Virus record (IMG/VR): IMGVR_UViG_3300010965_000007
Location: 2,602 to 66,601 of that record
Length of the DNA: 64,000 nucleotides
DNA from: a virus
Taxonomy: Duplodnaviria; Caudoviricetes
Direction: 5' to 3' (one strand)
This document shows positions 46,939-58,030 of this stretch, piece by piece; the stretch's first letter is position 1; each line of letters opens with the position of its first letter. The notes beneath the pieces are model-generated. The model was given only the letters and a program-made list of their open reading frames with translations, had not been told where the DNA came from and did not search any database. Position numbers and translations under genes: made by a program.

Positions 46939-48867
46939 ATGTCAAAGTATTTGGATGGGCCCACTATTAGAGTTAATGAACCCTATATTTACGACATTAG
47001 TCAGGGTGGAACCGGCGAAACAAATATCGCCAATGTTATTTCAGCTTTCGGAATGATACCAGTTGAGGAATTGGGAAATCAAAACGGCGTTCTTGGTTTA
47101 GACAAGGACGGTTTTATTTCAAAATCCATTATAATAAATTCTTGTCTTTCCGGAGATTCCATATCTGGAAATTTAACTTTAGCAACTAATGTCACTGGAA
47201 CTTACACAATAACAGATTTTGATAGTAGAAAAAGCTATCAAGTATATTGCACAAACGGGTCCGTGACATTAATTGACGATACAATTACTTACGTTGCTCC
47301 AGCGAGCGCCGGCATTGGTGGATTTACCATTAACACAACTTTCTTTCCAATAACAATAACCGGTAGCGGCGTTGGACAGCCAGCAATAATATCTCCACCA
47401 AGCAGTAATGGAATAATAAAAGCAAAAGTTATATTTGTATGTTCTGCTTTTTCATCAACTAGCCCAACAGACGCTCATTTATCCACTACATGGCAATTAT
47501 CGAGAAGGAGCGATTTTTCTGTAATCGATAAAGAACTAGCAGGAGCAACTGGAAATAATTTATTGTCTTGGACAATATTAGATCTTCTTGAAAGTTCTGT
47601 TTATTACGCCAGAGTTAGGCACAATGGAAGTATATCCGGAAATAGTATTTGGAGCCAAACATTAACGTTTTCTACCCGTATTTCATTTTGGCCAAGAATA
47701 GAAACTGCCGCAATTAATTCTCCAGACGGAAGAACTGGAGATAATTTTGGGTATGGAAACTGCATTAGTAAAGACGGATCTCTTATAGTAATAGGGGCAA
47801 ATACAGATTCAAATTCCGCTGGAATTAACTGTGGTTCTATTTATATATTTTCAAAAAATCAAGCTGGCCAATGGACTCTTTTACAGCAGTTTTACCCGAC
47901 AGATCCAACTTATTCAAAACTGTTTGGATCTTCAATATCTATTAGCGCAGATAACAGCACTATTGCAATTGGGGCTCCTGGCGACAACGATTATGGGGCA
48001 AATGCTGGGGCTGTTTATGTTTACATCAAATCAGGAACTTCCTACGTATATCAAGCAAAAATAAAAACAGCTAATGTGACACAAAATTCTTGGTTTGGAT
48101 ACTCTATAGCCTTAACCGCAGACGGAAATGCGCTAATGATAGGCGCCTATGGATGGTACAATACATCTAAAGGAGCGGTTTATCACTATAAAAGAGACAC
48201 CTCTGGAATATGGGTGTACATTCAAGGAATTAATGTAGCTAACGCACCAGACAATGCGTGGTTTGGCTTAACGCTGGACTTGTCTTCAGACGGCTTGACT
48301 ATGATAGTCGGGGCCCCAGGCGTCAATACCGCATATTTCTATACAAGAACATCAATAACGGCTAATTGGGCGGCATTTACAACATCTATAGTGGGACCGC
48401 CAGGAGTTGGTTATGCTAGAATTGTTAAATTAAGCGGGGACGGAAATTACGCTTTAATAACGGCATATTCTTCTTTAAATTCAAGAGCTGTTTCTACAGG
48501 AGCCGCGTTCTTATATCAAAAAACAGGCGCCACTTGGCCTCAGGTTGCAAAACTGCTTCCTAGCGACGGAGCCCAAGGCGATTTGTTTGGCCAACAGGCT
48601 GTCATAAATTCTGATGGAAAAATAATTGTTGTTGGAGCCATTTATAACTCAGGAAGGGCTTCGCGTGCTGGCGCTGCTTATGTATTCATTAAAACTGGGG
48701 CGACCTGGCCTGAACAATCAAAATTGCTTGGAGCAAATACGGCTTTAGATGGAGACAATTTTAGCCGATTAATGAGCATGGATTCCACTGGTCAATTATT
48801 GCTAGTGGCCTCGCAAAATACTATTGGAAATTCGTCTAATGTTGGCGGGGTGCATGTTTTCGAATAA
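46939..48867 (+). CDS. Tail-fibre/adhesin-like protein: fibre-type N-terminus, Ig/FN3-like domains and an FG-GAP beta-propeller
   Basis: GGTG and NGVLGLDKDG fibre motifs, VYYARVRH..WS FN3 pattern, and about 7 FG.S+.+S.DG..+.+GA blades. Confidence 0.7.
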   Translation: MSKYLDGPTIRVNEPYIYDISQGGTGETNIANVISAFGMIPVEELGNQNGVLGLDKDGFISKSIIINSCLSGDSISGNLTLATNVTGTYTITDFDSRKSYQVYCTNGSVTLIDDTITYVAPASAGIGGFTINTTFFPITITGSGVGQPAIISPPSSNGIIKAKVIFVCSAFSSTSPTDAHLSTTWQLSRRSDFSVIDKELAGATGNNLLSWTILDLLESSVYYARVRHNGSISGNSIWSQTLTFSTRISFWPRIETAAINSPDGRTGDNFGYGNCISKDGSLIVIGANTDSNSAGINCGSIYIFSKNQAGQWTLLQQFYPTDPTYSKLFGSSISISADNSTIAIGAPGDNDYGANAGAVYVYIKSGTSYVYQAKIKTANVTQNSWFGYSIALTADGNALMIGAYGWYNTSKGAVYHYKRDTSGIWVYIQGINVANAPDNAWFGLTLDLSSDGLTMIVGAPGVNTAYFYTRTSITANWAAFTTSIVGPPGVGYARIVKLSGDGNYALITAYSSLNSRAVSTGAAFLYQKTGATWPQVAKLLPSDGAQGDLFGQQAVINSDGKIIVVGAIYNSGRASRAGAAYVFIKTGATWPEQSKLLGANTALDGDNFSRLMSMDSTGQLLLVASQNTIGNSSNVGGVHVFE

Positions 48868-48891
48868 TATCAAAAAATAATTTTGGTGTTT

Positions 48892-48927
48892 GTATGCCAG
48901 TTGGGCTGTTTAGCCCAACTGGCATAC
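48892..48927. terminator. Hairpin between convergent genes
   Basis: gtatgccagttgggct-N4-agcccaactggcatac. Confidence 0.75.
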
Positions 48928-48938
48928 TCAAATGTTTT

Positions 48939-50612
48939 TTAATTTGTTACCAGCATTCCGCTCATTGAGAGATTCATATCACCAGTGGCAGTTCGTTTAA
49001 TAAATCTAATAAATAAAGTGGAATAAAGAGGAAGAACAAGCTGCGTGGTGAGAACTCTATTCCATTCTGATACTGTATATTCAACTGCCGTATTCTCATA
49101 TCTTAATTCAAAATGGGTTGGCATTGGCGGGGCCGCCTCAGTTTGCCTATTTATTAATGGATAGGTATTCAAATAAAGTTTCCTAATCCAATCTGTATAA
49201 TTTGCACATGAGCAGTGTATTTCTACAGTTCTATTAACAGTATTTGATATTGCAAATATATTTTCTCCATATACAGCATTCCCTGCGCCCATTTCTTGCA
49301 AGACAGTCCACGGAGTTTGTCTTCCGTCGGGCTGCCTCATTAAAACAATAGAAAAAAATTGTGTATGTAAAAAAGGCCGAAACACAGGAGATACGGATTG
49401 AAGATTTACAATAATAGCTTTTTCTTGCAAATACCCGTAGCCCTTTGGATTGTAGGGCCCAGTATTTTCTGCAAATCGAACATGTTGCGTAACATCAAAG
49501 AATATATTTCTATCCAAGTTGAATAGGAACCAGCGCATTTCATAACCAGCGGTCTGGCTAATCCAAACGGGATATCCAACAACCTTTACAGCGATTGTGT
49601 TATTTGCCTCTGTAATTACTAAGCGATATGGCGTGGTAATACAGCCATTTTCAGCCGCCTCAATTCCATAGGCTGCTTCGTTAGCTGCCAGTTGATAACT
49701 TAAGACCAATTCTATTTCTTGTCCAATAATAGTAGACAATAAATGATCCAAACCGAACATTGAAAATCGTGTTCCGTTAACGGGAAGTTTTAATAAAGTT
49801 CCATCAGAATAGTGTATAACGCCAATTAAATTAAGTGCGTTGATAGGAGTATTTAATGGAAATTCTATAATGCTATCTAACGTGGGCGATAAGAAAGGAG
49901 ATTCTAAATTGATAGAAACTATATATTTTTGAGAGACAGTTTGCCCTCTTATAAAAGCTGTATTTTCAATTAATAATTGCCTTTTTGAAACCACGTGCCC
50001 TTCTGGAGTATAGAAAACCGCTGTAACTAATTCTCCGTCAATCAGTGCAACATTGGTATAACACACTCCTGGTATTTTAACTGCTAGATTATTATCATAC
50101 ATTGTAGCAACAACTTCAAGCGGTATGGCGTCAGTTAAAACATTTCCACTGGCGTCGTACAGTCTTGAAATAATGTTGCCAACAATTGATACGTCAGCTC
50201 CTTTGAATAACTTCATATAAGCCGACATTGATCCATTTATTCTCAATCTAGCATCCACTGCTAAAATATGGGGGGTAACCGATTGATCTAAATATACTCT
50301 GTATGTGTCAGATTGTGTTCCTGGTCCTACTCCAAATAAAATATCTGTATCTGCAAAATCATAACTCATATTAGCTGGTCTTATTACTCGCAATCTAGCT
50401 ATCAAAGTTACAGGATCGATATGTTCAACTATCCATGTTGTAAATGTATCTGGATCTATTACATAATCATGCAATTTTGGCACATATCGCCTAGCTCCAA
50501 CTGTTCCTACATATATTTCACCAATGGCCCAAAAACACCATCTAGCTGTTGGATCGTAAACTGGCACTACGCCATCAATCCCAGCTACACCAATAGTTGA
50601 TATTTCAGTCAT
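48939..50612 (-). CDS. Virion structural protein (phiKZ gp26-like)
   Basis: 557 aa; conserved position between terminase and tail sheath. Confidence 0.7.
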   Translation of the reverse strand: MTEISTIGVAGIDGVVPVYDPTARWCFWAIGEIYVGTVGARRYVPKLHDYVIDPDTFTTWIVEHIDPVTLIARLRVIRPANMSYDFADTDILFGVGPGTQSDTYRVYLDQSVTPHILAVDARLRINGSMSAYMKLFKGADVSIVGNIISRLYDASGNVLTDAIPLEVVATMYDNNLAVKIPGVCYTNVALIDGELVTAVFYTPEGHVVSKRQLLIENTAFIRGQTVSQKYIVSINLESPFLSPTLDSIIEFPLNTPINALNLIGVIHYSDGTLLKLPVNGTRFSMFGLDHLLSTIIGQEIELVLSYQLAANEAAYGIEAAENGCITTPYRLVITEANNTIAVKVVGYPVWISQTAGYEMRWFLFNLDRNIFFDVTQHVRFAENTGPYNPKGYGYLQEKAIIVNLQSVSPVFRPFLHTQFFSIVLMRQPDGRQTPWTVLQEMGAGNAVYGENIFAISNTVNRTVEIHCSCANYTDWIRKLYLNTYPLINRQTEAAPPMPTHFELRYENTAVEYTVSEWNRVLTTQLVLPLYSTLFIRFIKRTATGDMNLSMSGMLVTN

Positions 50613-50650
50613 TCTTAACTCCGGTTTAATTCATTATAATTAAAAAAATA

Positions 50651-53275
50651 TTAATTTATAATTGACAAAAACGGGGATATTTCTACTAATCCTCGGCAGT
50701 ATAATCCAGCTACACGTCTAATAAATTGATATTGTTTTGCAGAAACATCTAGTGCATTATAATGGTTATGTGGGTGAATTATAACGTATCTAGGATCAAC
50801 TCTACATTGAATTTGAGTAGGGTCAAATCTTAACCAATCGTTATAAGGATTGCAAATATTAATGATATCGTTATCATTTAATGGGCTGTCAAATAAAGTC
50901 TTGTCTAAATGTTCTGTAAAAACATCATATATTATTTTACATAAAAATGGACTAAAAATAGCATATCTATTTTCAATAGCTGTAACATTTGGCCTCGGCG
51001 GCTGAGGTAAGAAATCTGTTAAATAAGATGAAATTGCTGAATCTATAACGATGGCTTCTTGATAGGCGGCCATTGTTTGATTTGGATAATCGCGAAGGGG
51101 CACAATAATATCGGATATAGAGTAAGGTTTGCCATTTACTGCATTGATTGTAGAGACCCCGCTATGTTCTTCTGAAAATAATAAATCGGATCTGTGCAAT
51201 AGAGACCCATCTACAACAATTCTTAATACTTTATCGTCTCTTATATCGAACCGATTGTTATTAGATAGGAAACCATGTTCAATAAACCCAACATCACTTG
51301 CGATGTTTCGTTGTAAATTTTGATCACAAAAACCAGTAAATCTAATAGTTACTTTTTGATAATTGGTATTTGGTGGAGAAATTAAATACTCTTTATTAAC
51401 AACTACCACTTCTGGAAAAATAATAAAATAATCAATTGATTCAATCATGGCTTTTCCATTTAGAAAAATATCTAATTTTCCCATTGGAACAGGAAGCACT
51501 TCGTTATTTATTGGAGTTGGCGTAACGTTGTTAAAGCCTGTTCTCTGTTCATATTCGGATAAAGAGAATCTAAGATTTCCATCTGTGGGAGCAATGTTTA
51601 AATCATAAGCTAAAAATGTTGAATTGTCGCGAACCATTAAGTATGCTGTATCGTCACTTATTAATGTAATTAATCCATCAATAACTGAGTATTCTGTAGT
51701 ATCAGTTATGTCTCTCCAATTGTTATCCAGTTCGTTTTCAATAAAATGGCAACGATATATTCTGTAATCCGATCCTATCGGAATTGGAACAAGGTTTCTT
51801 CCAAATTTTACAGACGGAGTATATGTTCCATTTCCTGAAATAACCTCGACTAATCTTGTGTTGTCATATAACGCTGTATAAACCTCGCCATTGGGATGGT
51901 GGGCTATGCCAATAAGATGGCCTTGCTCGTCGTATTCATAGCCCGTAGAGTTGATTTGAAGCCCGCATGGAAGGTTTATGGTGGGCCTTAATGAAACTAT
52001 TTGTGTCTTTGCAGGAGTTTGCCCTAATATTTCGCTTAAAGAATTATAACCGTATGCATTTTTAATATTTGGTAAAGTTAATTGAGATAAAGAGGCTCCC
52101 ATTAATGAACTATAAGCGCTGGCTTCAAGATGACTAGCTGTCCAATGAGGAACTGTCGAATTAATTCCAACAAGAGCTTGTACAAGTTTATAATCTGGCA
52201 ATTTATATAATTCATGAATTTTATTAGCTTCGTGAATAAGGCGCCTGGAATAACCCGAATTTCTAATAAATACTAAAATTTTAAGCCCGCTTGTAACTGG
52301 TGGAGTTTCAACATGAAGGCTAATAAGTTTATTTGCATAATGCGAAACAAAGGATACAGGCAAACTATAATCTCTATGGGTTACCATCCTAGTAGCCACT
52401 GGTGCGTTTCTGTGGTAATACAGCCCTGTAAATGATAAAGAATTTAAGGTGTCCGTTACATATATTTCAATATCGTCAATGTAACAAATTTCATTATAAA
52501 TTGGAGTAGGGTAGTGAATTAAATATTTTAATCTGCTGTCTAATTCGCTTAAAAAACTTGGCAAAGAACTTATAAAAAAAGTAACAATTGCTTTTATAGA
52601 ACTGTCGTAAACAAGTTCTATGCAGTCCCCTACGTGTGTATTTAATAAACTTATTCCTTCTTTTAACCAGCCGTTTATAAACGCGGAGCAATGGCCAGGC
52701 AGAGCATTTAAAGATTGGTATGTGGACTGCCATGTTAAAATTTCGTCAGGCACTCTTATTGTTGCCCCAGTAACAATTATGTTGTTTAAATTTACATCAC
52801 TTCTAATAGATTGAAAATAAGCATTGCTGTAAAATCTTATATAAACTGGTTGCTGATTAAGATTTACTGGAATAATTGGGTTTTCTTTAATTGCAATTAT
52901 TAAATTTCTTTCTGGGGTAAATGTGTAATATGCATCGTGTTTTGGAATGGATAGACCAATGTCAGTATAAATATCAATAATGGCTTTTTTTTGATTGCAG
53001 CATGTGCTTATTCTTATCCATCTATCTCTTTGAAAACTGGTATCAAAAACAGATGGATCAAATAGTAAACCTAAAAAAGCTGGGTTTAATTGTCCTATTT
53101 GAAATAAAAAATATTTTTCATTTCTTGTAGGAAGTGTTAAATTTCTTTCCATTGTAAAAAAACTATTAACTGACGAGCCTGTTTTTTGCAACGGAGCTGG
53201 CTTAATAATAAACTGTCTATCTTGTGATGGGTTGCACCACACATTATCAAGTGCGTGTTTAATTATGCAATTCAT
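50651..53275 (-). CDS. Virion structural protein (phiKZ gp27-like)
   Basis: 874 aa, ...NVWCNP.QDRQ N-terminal motif; conserved position. Confidence 0.72.
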   Translation of the reverse strand: MNCIIKHALDNVWCNPSQDRQFIIKPAPLQKTGSSVNSFFTMERNLTLPTRNEKYFLFQIGQLNPAFLGLLFDPSVFDTSFQRDRWIRISTCCNQKKAIIDIYTDIGLSIPKHDAYYTFTPERNLIIAIKENPIIPVNLNQQPVYIRFYSNAYFQSIRSDVNLNNIIVTGATIRVPDEILTWQSTYQSLNALPGHCSAFINGWLKEGISLLNTHVGDCIELVYDSSIKAIVTFFISSLPSFLSELDSRLKYLIHYPTPIYNEICYIDDIEIYVTDTLNSLSFTGLYYHRNAPVATRMVTHRDYSLPVSFVSHYANKLISLHVETPPVTSGLKILVFIRNSGYSRRLIHEANKIHELYKLPDYKLVQALVGINSTVPHWTASHLEASAYSSLMGASLSQLTLPNIKNAYGYNSLSEILGQTPAKTQIVSLRPTINLPCGLQINSTGYEYDEQGHLIGIAHHPNGEVYTALYDNTRLVEVISGNGTYTPSVKFGRNLVPIPIGSDYRIYRCHFIENELDNNWRDITDTTEYSVIDGLITLISDDTAYLMVRDNSTFLAYDLNIAPTDGNLRFSLSEYEQRTGFNNVTPTPINNEVLPVPMGKLDIFLNGKAMIESIDYFIIFPEVVVVNKEYLISPPNTNYQKVTIRFTGFCDQNLQRNIASDVGFIEHGFLSNNNRFDIRDDKVLRIVVDGSLLHRSDLLFSEEHSGVSTINAVNGKPYSISDIIVPLRDYPNQTMAAYQEAIVIDSAISSYLTDFLPQPPRPNVTAIENRYAIFSPFLCKIIYDVFTEHLDKTLFDSPLNDNDIINICNPYNDWLRFDPTQIQCRVDPRYVIIHPHNHYNALDVSAKQYQFIRRVAGLYCRGLVEISPFLSIIN

Positions 53276-53282
53276 TATATTA

Positions 53283-54230
53283 TCAACTTATTCCGCTTTC
53301 TTCAAGAAGAGCATTAAAAGACAAAATATATTCTTTTGTTCCTTTTCCCTTTCCAAATGTCTCTGAAATTTTAGTTAGCGCTGAATGCCGATATGTTTTT
53401 TCAAATATCGCCATATAAACTAAAGTAATCCATGTCGGAGGATGCTCCAGTGCTACTGCGAGCATTTCCTTAGCATTTAGGCCATACCATGAATTTCCAA
53501 TAATAGTAATAAGCAATCCTGAATTTAATGAGGATAATCTAGGATTTTGAATAATTTTTTTTACTGTATCGCAATATTCATTTATTGTTCCTATGGTTTC
53601 TATTTGATCTAATATAGGAAAAATGAATTCAGGAGTGGCCCTGGTGGCTTTTGTTGTTTGAATAACAAATTGCTGTTTTTTATCCTCAGTTAAAGTATTT
53701 CCTGTGAAAAAAAGATTTTGGTAATAAAGATGACTAATAACAGATAAAATAAGTTGATCTTTTGGATCAAGTGCAAATCTTCGTGTTAAAGATCCACTAA
53801 GCCAATTAGAAAAAACAAAACCAGCCAATGGAAAAGCATTTTTTATTTCTAATGTTCGGCCGCTCACCCACAACATATTGATGGCGGTCCTTGCTTTATT
53901 CAGAGTATATTCTGTCTTGTTTTTTATCTCAATTCCATTTTCTAAACCGTCTTCCGAATTTGCTCTAACAATTTGCCGCATATCTGAACATATGTATTTT
54001 AAATTAGAAGATGTATTTAATAACAATGGATGATTAAACAAAGGAATATTTGACTCAGACGCAGTTTTTCCAAGAACAAACACTGGTCTATATGAAAAAT
54101 CAGTACATAAATCTAGATCATTAAGATAAATCATGTCGTGTATAAAAGATTCTTTTATAGCCTGTTGAATTTTTAATACATTTACTGCTGATCCGACTGT
54201 AGTATCGTAGGCACTATTAAAAACAGTCAT
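53283..54230 (-). CDS. Virion structural protein (phiKZ gp28-like)
   Basis: 315 aa, AYDTT and ALEHPPTW motifs; divergent from the sheath gene. Confidence 0.7.
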   Translation of the reverse strand: MTVFNSAYDTTVGSAVNVLKIQQAIKESFIHDMIYLNDLDLCTDFSYRPVFVLGKTASESNIPLFNHPLLLNTSSNLKYICSDMRQIVRANSEDGLENGIEIKNKTEYTLNKARTAINMLWVSGRTLEIKNAFPLAGFVFSNWLSGSLTRRFALDPKDQLILSVISHLYYQNLFFTGNTLTEDKKQQFVIQTTKATRATPEFIFPILDQIETIGTINEYCDTVKKIIQNPRLSSLNSGLLITIIGNSWYGLNAKEMLAVALEHPPTWITLVYMAIFEKTYRHSALTKISETFGKGKGTKEYILSFNALLEESGIS

Positions 54231-54256
54231 GGTTTTGTTTTTTCCTTAGTTTAGAA

Positions 54257-56356
54257 GTGGTGGAGATAGACGACATGTTTATGGCCAATGCAGCTCCAAT
54301 GGTAATTGATCTTGGCACACAAGATCTTAGCACAACGCCCGCCATCAGAACCCCAACTCAAATTCCGCAACATCTTCCAAAATTTTATTTATATACGCAA
54401 AAAGGGCCAACCACTCCTCAATTGGTAGTTGGCGCCGAACGGTCTTTAATGTATGGTGTGAATTCATTTGACCTTCGTAGCCCGTGGGCAAATCACGCAA
54501 CTGTGTTTGCAAACGGAGTCAACGATCAAGGCAATGCGTGCATGATTCAGCGCGTGGTGCCAAACGATGCCGGCCCAAATTCCAATATGCTATTGTGGTT
54601 GGATGTTCTGCCGTGCCCGGTGGACTTATACCAGCGCAATACCGATGGCAGCATAACTATTGTCAATGGGGCGCCGGTGGTCACCGGAACTACTCAAGGC
54701 TATAAAGTTAAATGGGTGGTGACTCATTATAATACAGTTCAATCATTGAATAACAATTTTGGAAGAGCTGCCATTACAGCTGGCGATCAGGTTTACACAC
54801 AGGGCGCCACCAGCGTACAATCGCAGAGATACCCGATATATGGATTTAAAGGGGCATTTATTGGAGGTTATGGGAACCTTTGCGGTCTTCGGATCTGGGC
54901 TCCTACAAAATTAACAAGCACCGCAATGCCAACAAAATTGATGGCCAAGGAAAGAGCATATCCTTATAATGTTCAATTCATAAGGCAGACAGATCCCAAT
55001 ACAACTCCTGTTATTGTTCCGACAATTTTTGCCGACCAATTTACAACAGTGGTATCAAAAGAAGCAACTATTGACCCAAGCACAAATAAGGAAATTTTTA
55101 TTGGAACAGTTCTTCTGAATAACTATCAAAATCTTACTGATACTTTATACCCCCCAGTTTACGGGGATTTTTCCACAATGGAAATTTATCAAAACAATGT
55201 TGATTTATTATTAGGTCTTTTTCATCAGGCAGAAGCCCCCCACATTGATATATGGTCAGATTTCTCTGCCGCTGTTACAGACAAGCATTTATTCAATTTT
55301 GTATCCGGAACTTCTTCGGAAGGCGTTTTATATCACAGCTATCAATTTGTCGATGCGTCCAATGCCGTTAGGCTAACAGAATATACAAATATATTTGCAG
55401 ACGGCGGGCAAGACGGAACAATGACCGACGCCAATTTTGCTGTTTTGGTGGGGCAGCAATTAGATAGGTATATAGATCCGAACGATCCACTGCAAGAAGA
55501 CGCTGTGCATGTGGAAAGCGTTTTCTATGACAGCGGGTTTCCGTTAGAAATTAAATATAAGCTTGCTTCTTTCATTGCGGCTAGGAAGGATACATTTGTT
55601 CACCTTTCTCCACATGATGTGAATGAAAGAATAATGAATGCGTCAGAAGAGCATTCCATTGCAATTGCGCTACGTACCAGATTGCAAATGTACCCGGAAT
55701 CAAGTCACTTCGGCACGCCAGTTATGCGCGCCATGATAACAGGCCGTTGTGCCAAAATTAGAAATAGTCTTTATAAGAAATATCTCCCGTTAACATATGA
55801 AATTGCAATAATGTCTGCAAAATACATGGGGGCTGGAAATGGCCGCTGGAAGCAGGGGTCCAATTTTGATGGAGCCCCCGGGCATATTGTCACCACAATG
55901 TATGACATTAGCATTCCTTGGGTGCCGGCCACTGTTCGAAACCAAAATTGGGATGTTGGCCTTAATTGGGTACAGCAATATGACAGGGAGCTGTTCTTTT
56001 TCCCTTCTTATAAGACTGTATACACAGACGACACCTCTGTGCTAAATTCCTATCTTACAGCAATAGCTATTTGCCAACTCGTAAAAATTACTCACGCGGC
56101 GTGGAGAGAATATGCCGGCGTATCTCATTTAACAAATGACCAATTGATTGAACGAGTGAATAACTTCATCAAAAACAGAACTTCTGGCCGATTTGATGAA
56201 CGATTTGTGATAGTGCCAGCAACAGTTGTCACTGACGAAGATGCCCAGCGCGGATATTCGTATACGTCCGTAATTAAAATCTATAGCGCTAACATGAAGA
56301 CGGTAATGACCGCCTATATTGAAGCTCATAGATTGGACAGCATAACAACGGCATAA
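54257..56356 (+). CDS. Tail sheath protein (phiKZ gp29-like)
   Basis: About 690 aa; PQHLP, YDSGF and sheath-like C-terminus RFD..F.+.P....T..D..RGYS. The true start is probably 54275 or 54281. Confidence 0.88.
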   Translation: MVEIDDMFMANAAPMVIDLGTQDLSTTPAIRTPTQIPQHLPKFYLYTQKGPTTPQLVVGAERSLMYGVNSFDLRSPWANHATVFANGVNDQGNACMIQRVVPNDAGPNSNMLLWLDVLPCPVDLYQRNTDGSITIVNGAPVVTGTTQGYKVKWVVTHYNTVQSLNNNFGRAAITAGDQVYTQGATSVQSQRYPIYGFKGAFIGGYGNLCGLRIWAPTKLTSTAMPTKLMAKERAYPYNVQFIRQTDPNTTPVIVPTIFADQFTTVVSKEATIDPSTNKEIFIGTVLLNNYQNLTDTLYPPVYGDFSTMEIYQNNVDLLLGLFHQAEAPHIDIWSDFSAAVTDKHLFNFVSGTSSEGVLYHSYQFVDASNAVRLTEYTNIFADGGQDGTMTDANFAVLVGQQLDRYIDPNDPLQEDAVHVESVFYDSGFPLEIKYKLASFIAARKDTFVHLSPHDVNERIMNASEEHSIAIALRTRLQMYPESSHFGTPVMRAMITGRCAKIRNSLYKKYLPLTYEIAIMSAKYMGAGNGRWKQGSNFDGAPGHIVTTMYDISIPWVPATVRNQNWDVGLNWVQQYDRELFFFPSYKTVYTDDTSVLNSYLTAIAICQLVKITHAAWREYAGVSHLTNDQLIERVNNFIKNRTSGRFDERFVIVPATVVTDEDAQRGYSYTSVIKIYSANMKTVMTAYIEAHRLDSITTA

Positions 56357-56436
56357 ATTAAAAAATATCATACCGCCGGTTTTTACACGACGCCAACTGT
56401 AATAAACCGGCTGCCCCTTTTCTTTGCAGTCTAAGA

Positions 56437-57339
56437 GTGAGCAAAAAAATGAGTCGTGTAATAACCGATTTAATTTTGAATAAAGACGAAGGATTCTCAA
56501 AGGGAAAAGCAAAACAAAATATAATAGACATTAGAAAAGGAGGCCAATTTGGTTTCTCCCCAAATTTATCAGAGTGGCGGTCAAATCAGGCATATATTCC
56601 TAGGCACATAATTCCAATACTGTTGGAAGCTCCGCAATTTTTTCAGTTAATGCCTAACCCTCCGTTGTGGGTCGGAACATTAAAAGCGCTAATAGAATTA
56701 CATTGTCAAACTATCGAAGGGTTAAATGCCGGACTGACCGTGGAATGGTCAGATCACCCGGTGGGCGGGGGCGGAGAACTACAGCAAGAGCCGTCTGATG
56801 TAAAGCAAGACAGGACAGAACCTGTCTTTACTTTTACAGAAAAATCCGGGATGCCGATTCAAACATTTTTATATAACTGGATTATTTATGGCATAATGGA
56901 CCCGAATACGAAAACTTCGATGTTAGGAACACTGGAAAAAAATAGCATTCCTCCAGATATGTTGCCATCTTGGTACACCATGACGTGCATGTTCATTGAG
57001 CCTGACATTACTCACACCAGGGTTATGAAATCCTGGATTGTTACAAATATGATGCCAAAAACAACCGGTGAAATAACTGGCAAAAGAGATTTAACTGCTG
57101 CAATGGAAACGCTGCGGTTAACTATCCCATTTTCTGGCATTTCTCAATTTAGCTTAGGAGCCAATATAACGGCTCAAACAATCTTAGACGGAATAAATAC
57201 TAAGGGCGCAAACCCATATCTGCGCAGCGCTTTTTATCTTCGTAATGATTTAACAGCTGGCAAAACCGACCCCGATGTGAGTTCTGCCGATGTTGGTTAT
57301 GCGGCAGGAGCAGCAAAGGCCGCGTCTGCATCTGTTTAG
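56437..57339 (+). CDS. Probable tail tube protein (phiKZ gp30-like)
   Basis: 300 aa immediately after the sheath gene; GGQFG..PN, EPD.TH and G.RDLT motifs. Confidence 0.75.
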   Translation: MSKKMSRVITDLILNKDEGFSKGKAKQNIIDIRKGGQFGFSPNLSEWRSNQAYIPRHIIPILLEAPQFFQLMPNPPLWVGTLKALIELHCQTIEGLNAGLTVEWSDHPVGGGGELQQEPSDVKQDRTEPVFTFTEKSGMPIQTFLYNWIIYGIMDPNTKTSMLGTLEKNSIPPDMLPSWYTMTCMFIEPDITHTRVMKSWIVTNMMPKTTGEITGKRDLTAAMETLRLTIPFSGISQFSLGANITAQTILDGINTKGANPYLRSAFYLRNDLTAGKTDPDVSSADVGYAAGAAKAASASV

Positions 57340-57383
57340 TTTTTTTTGCTAAACATTTATTTTAAATTACTAAAAAAAATAGT

Positions 57384-57418
57384 GCAGACCAAGCCCCCGC
57401 ATTAGGGGCTTGGTCTGC
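57384..57418. terminator. Hairpin between convergent genes
   Basis: gcagaccaagcccc-N7-ggggcttggtctgc, flanked by an A-run and a T-run. Confidence 0.8.
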
Positions 57419-57442
57419 TTGCATTTTTTTATTAATGCGCTA

Positions 57443-57910
57443 TTAAAGCATGCTTTTTACAGCCAATTCTGAAATTAATGTTCGGACTTCCTTTAAAAGC
57501 GGGCTGTGCTTTCCTGCCTTAACAGAATAGTCCACAAAAATATGTCCTTTTTTAATTACTGGTTTATTACCATGAAAATGGTCGGTTCTTTCCCTGGACC
57601 TAGATACTAAATATTCAGCTTTATCATTTTCTCCCATCTTTACCACACCAGAGACTTCCACAATTTCTTTGTTTTCTGCCATGGCCTTAACTGCCACAAC
57701 GCCGACTGCGTGGGCCGCAATCGGTACAAAGCGTGCATTGTAATCCGCAATTTGATTGACTACTGAAACAGTTACTCCTTCTGGGAGATGTCTTGCATAA
57801 ATGTCGCCCGGGCTTTTTTCGGTAATTGAGTTATTTTCACTTAATACCAAAGCCTCAGAGATTTCTTTCGACAGGGCCAGATCTTTCTCGGTCATAGTTG
57901 ACTTTTTCAT
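57443..57910 (-). CDS. Hypothetical jumbo-phage protein
   Basis: 155 aa; GAAAGAGA RBS-like site and a structured leader. Confidence 0.6.
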   Translation of the reverse strand: MKKSTMTEKDLALSKEISEALVLSENNSITEKSPGDIYARHLPEGVTVSVVNQIADYNARFVPIAAHAVGVVAVKAMAENKEIVEVSGVVKMGENDKAEYLVSRSRERTDHFHGNKPVIKKGHIFVDYSVKAGKHSPLLKEVRTLISELAVKSML

Positions 57911-58030
57911 GTGAATGTCTCTTTCAGAGGTTTAAAGGCGAATAGCTGTTTGGCTGCTATTGTTGAACGGCGTTGAAAACATTGTGGTATTCACACGCCA
58001 TAAAAATACCGCAGTATTTATTTTTTTACA

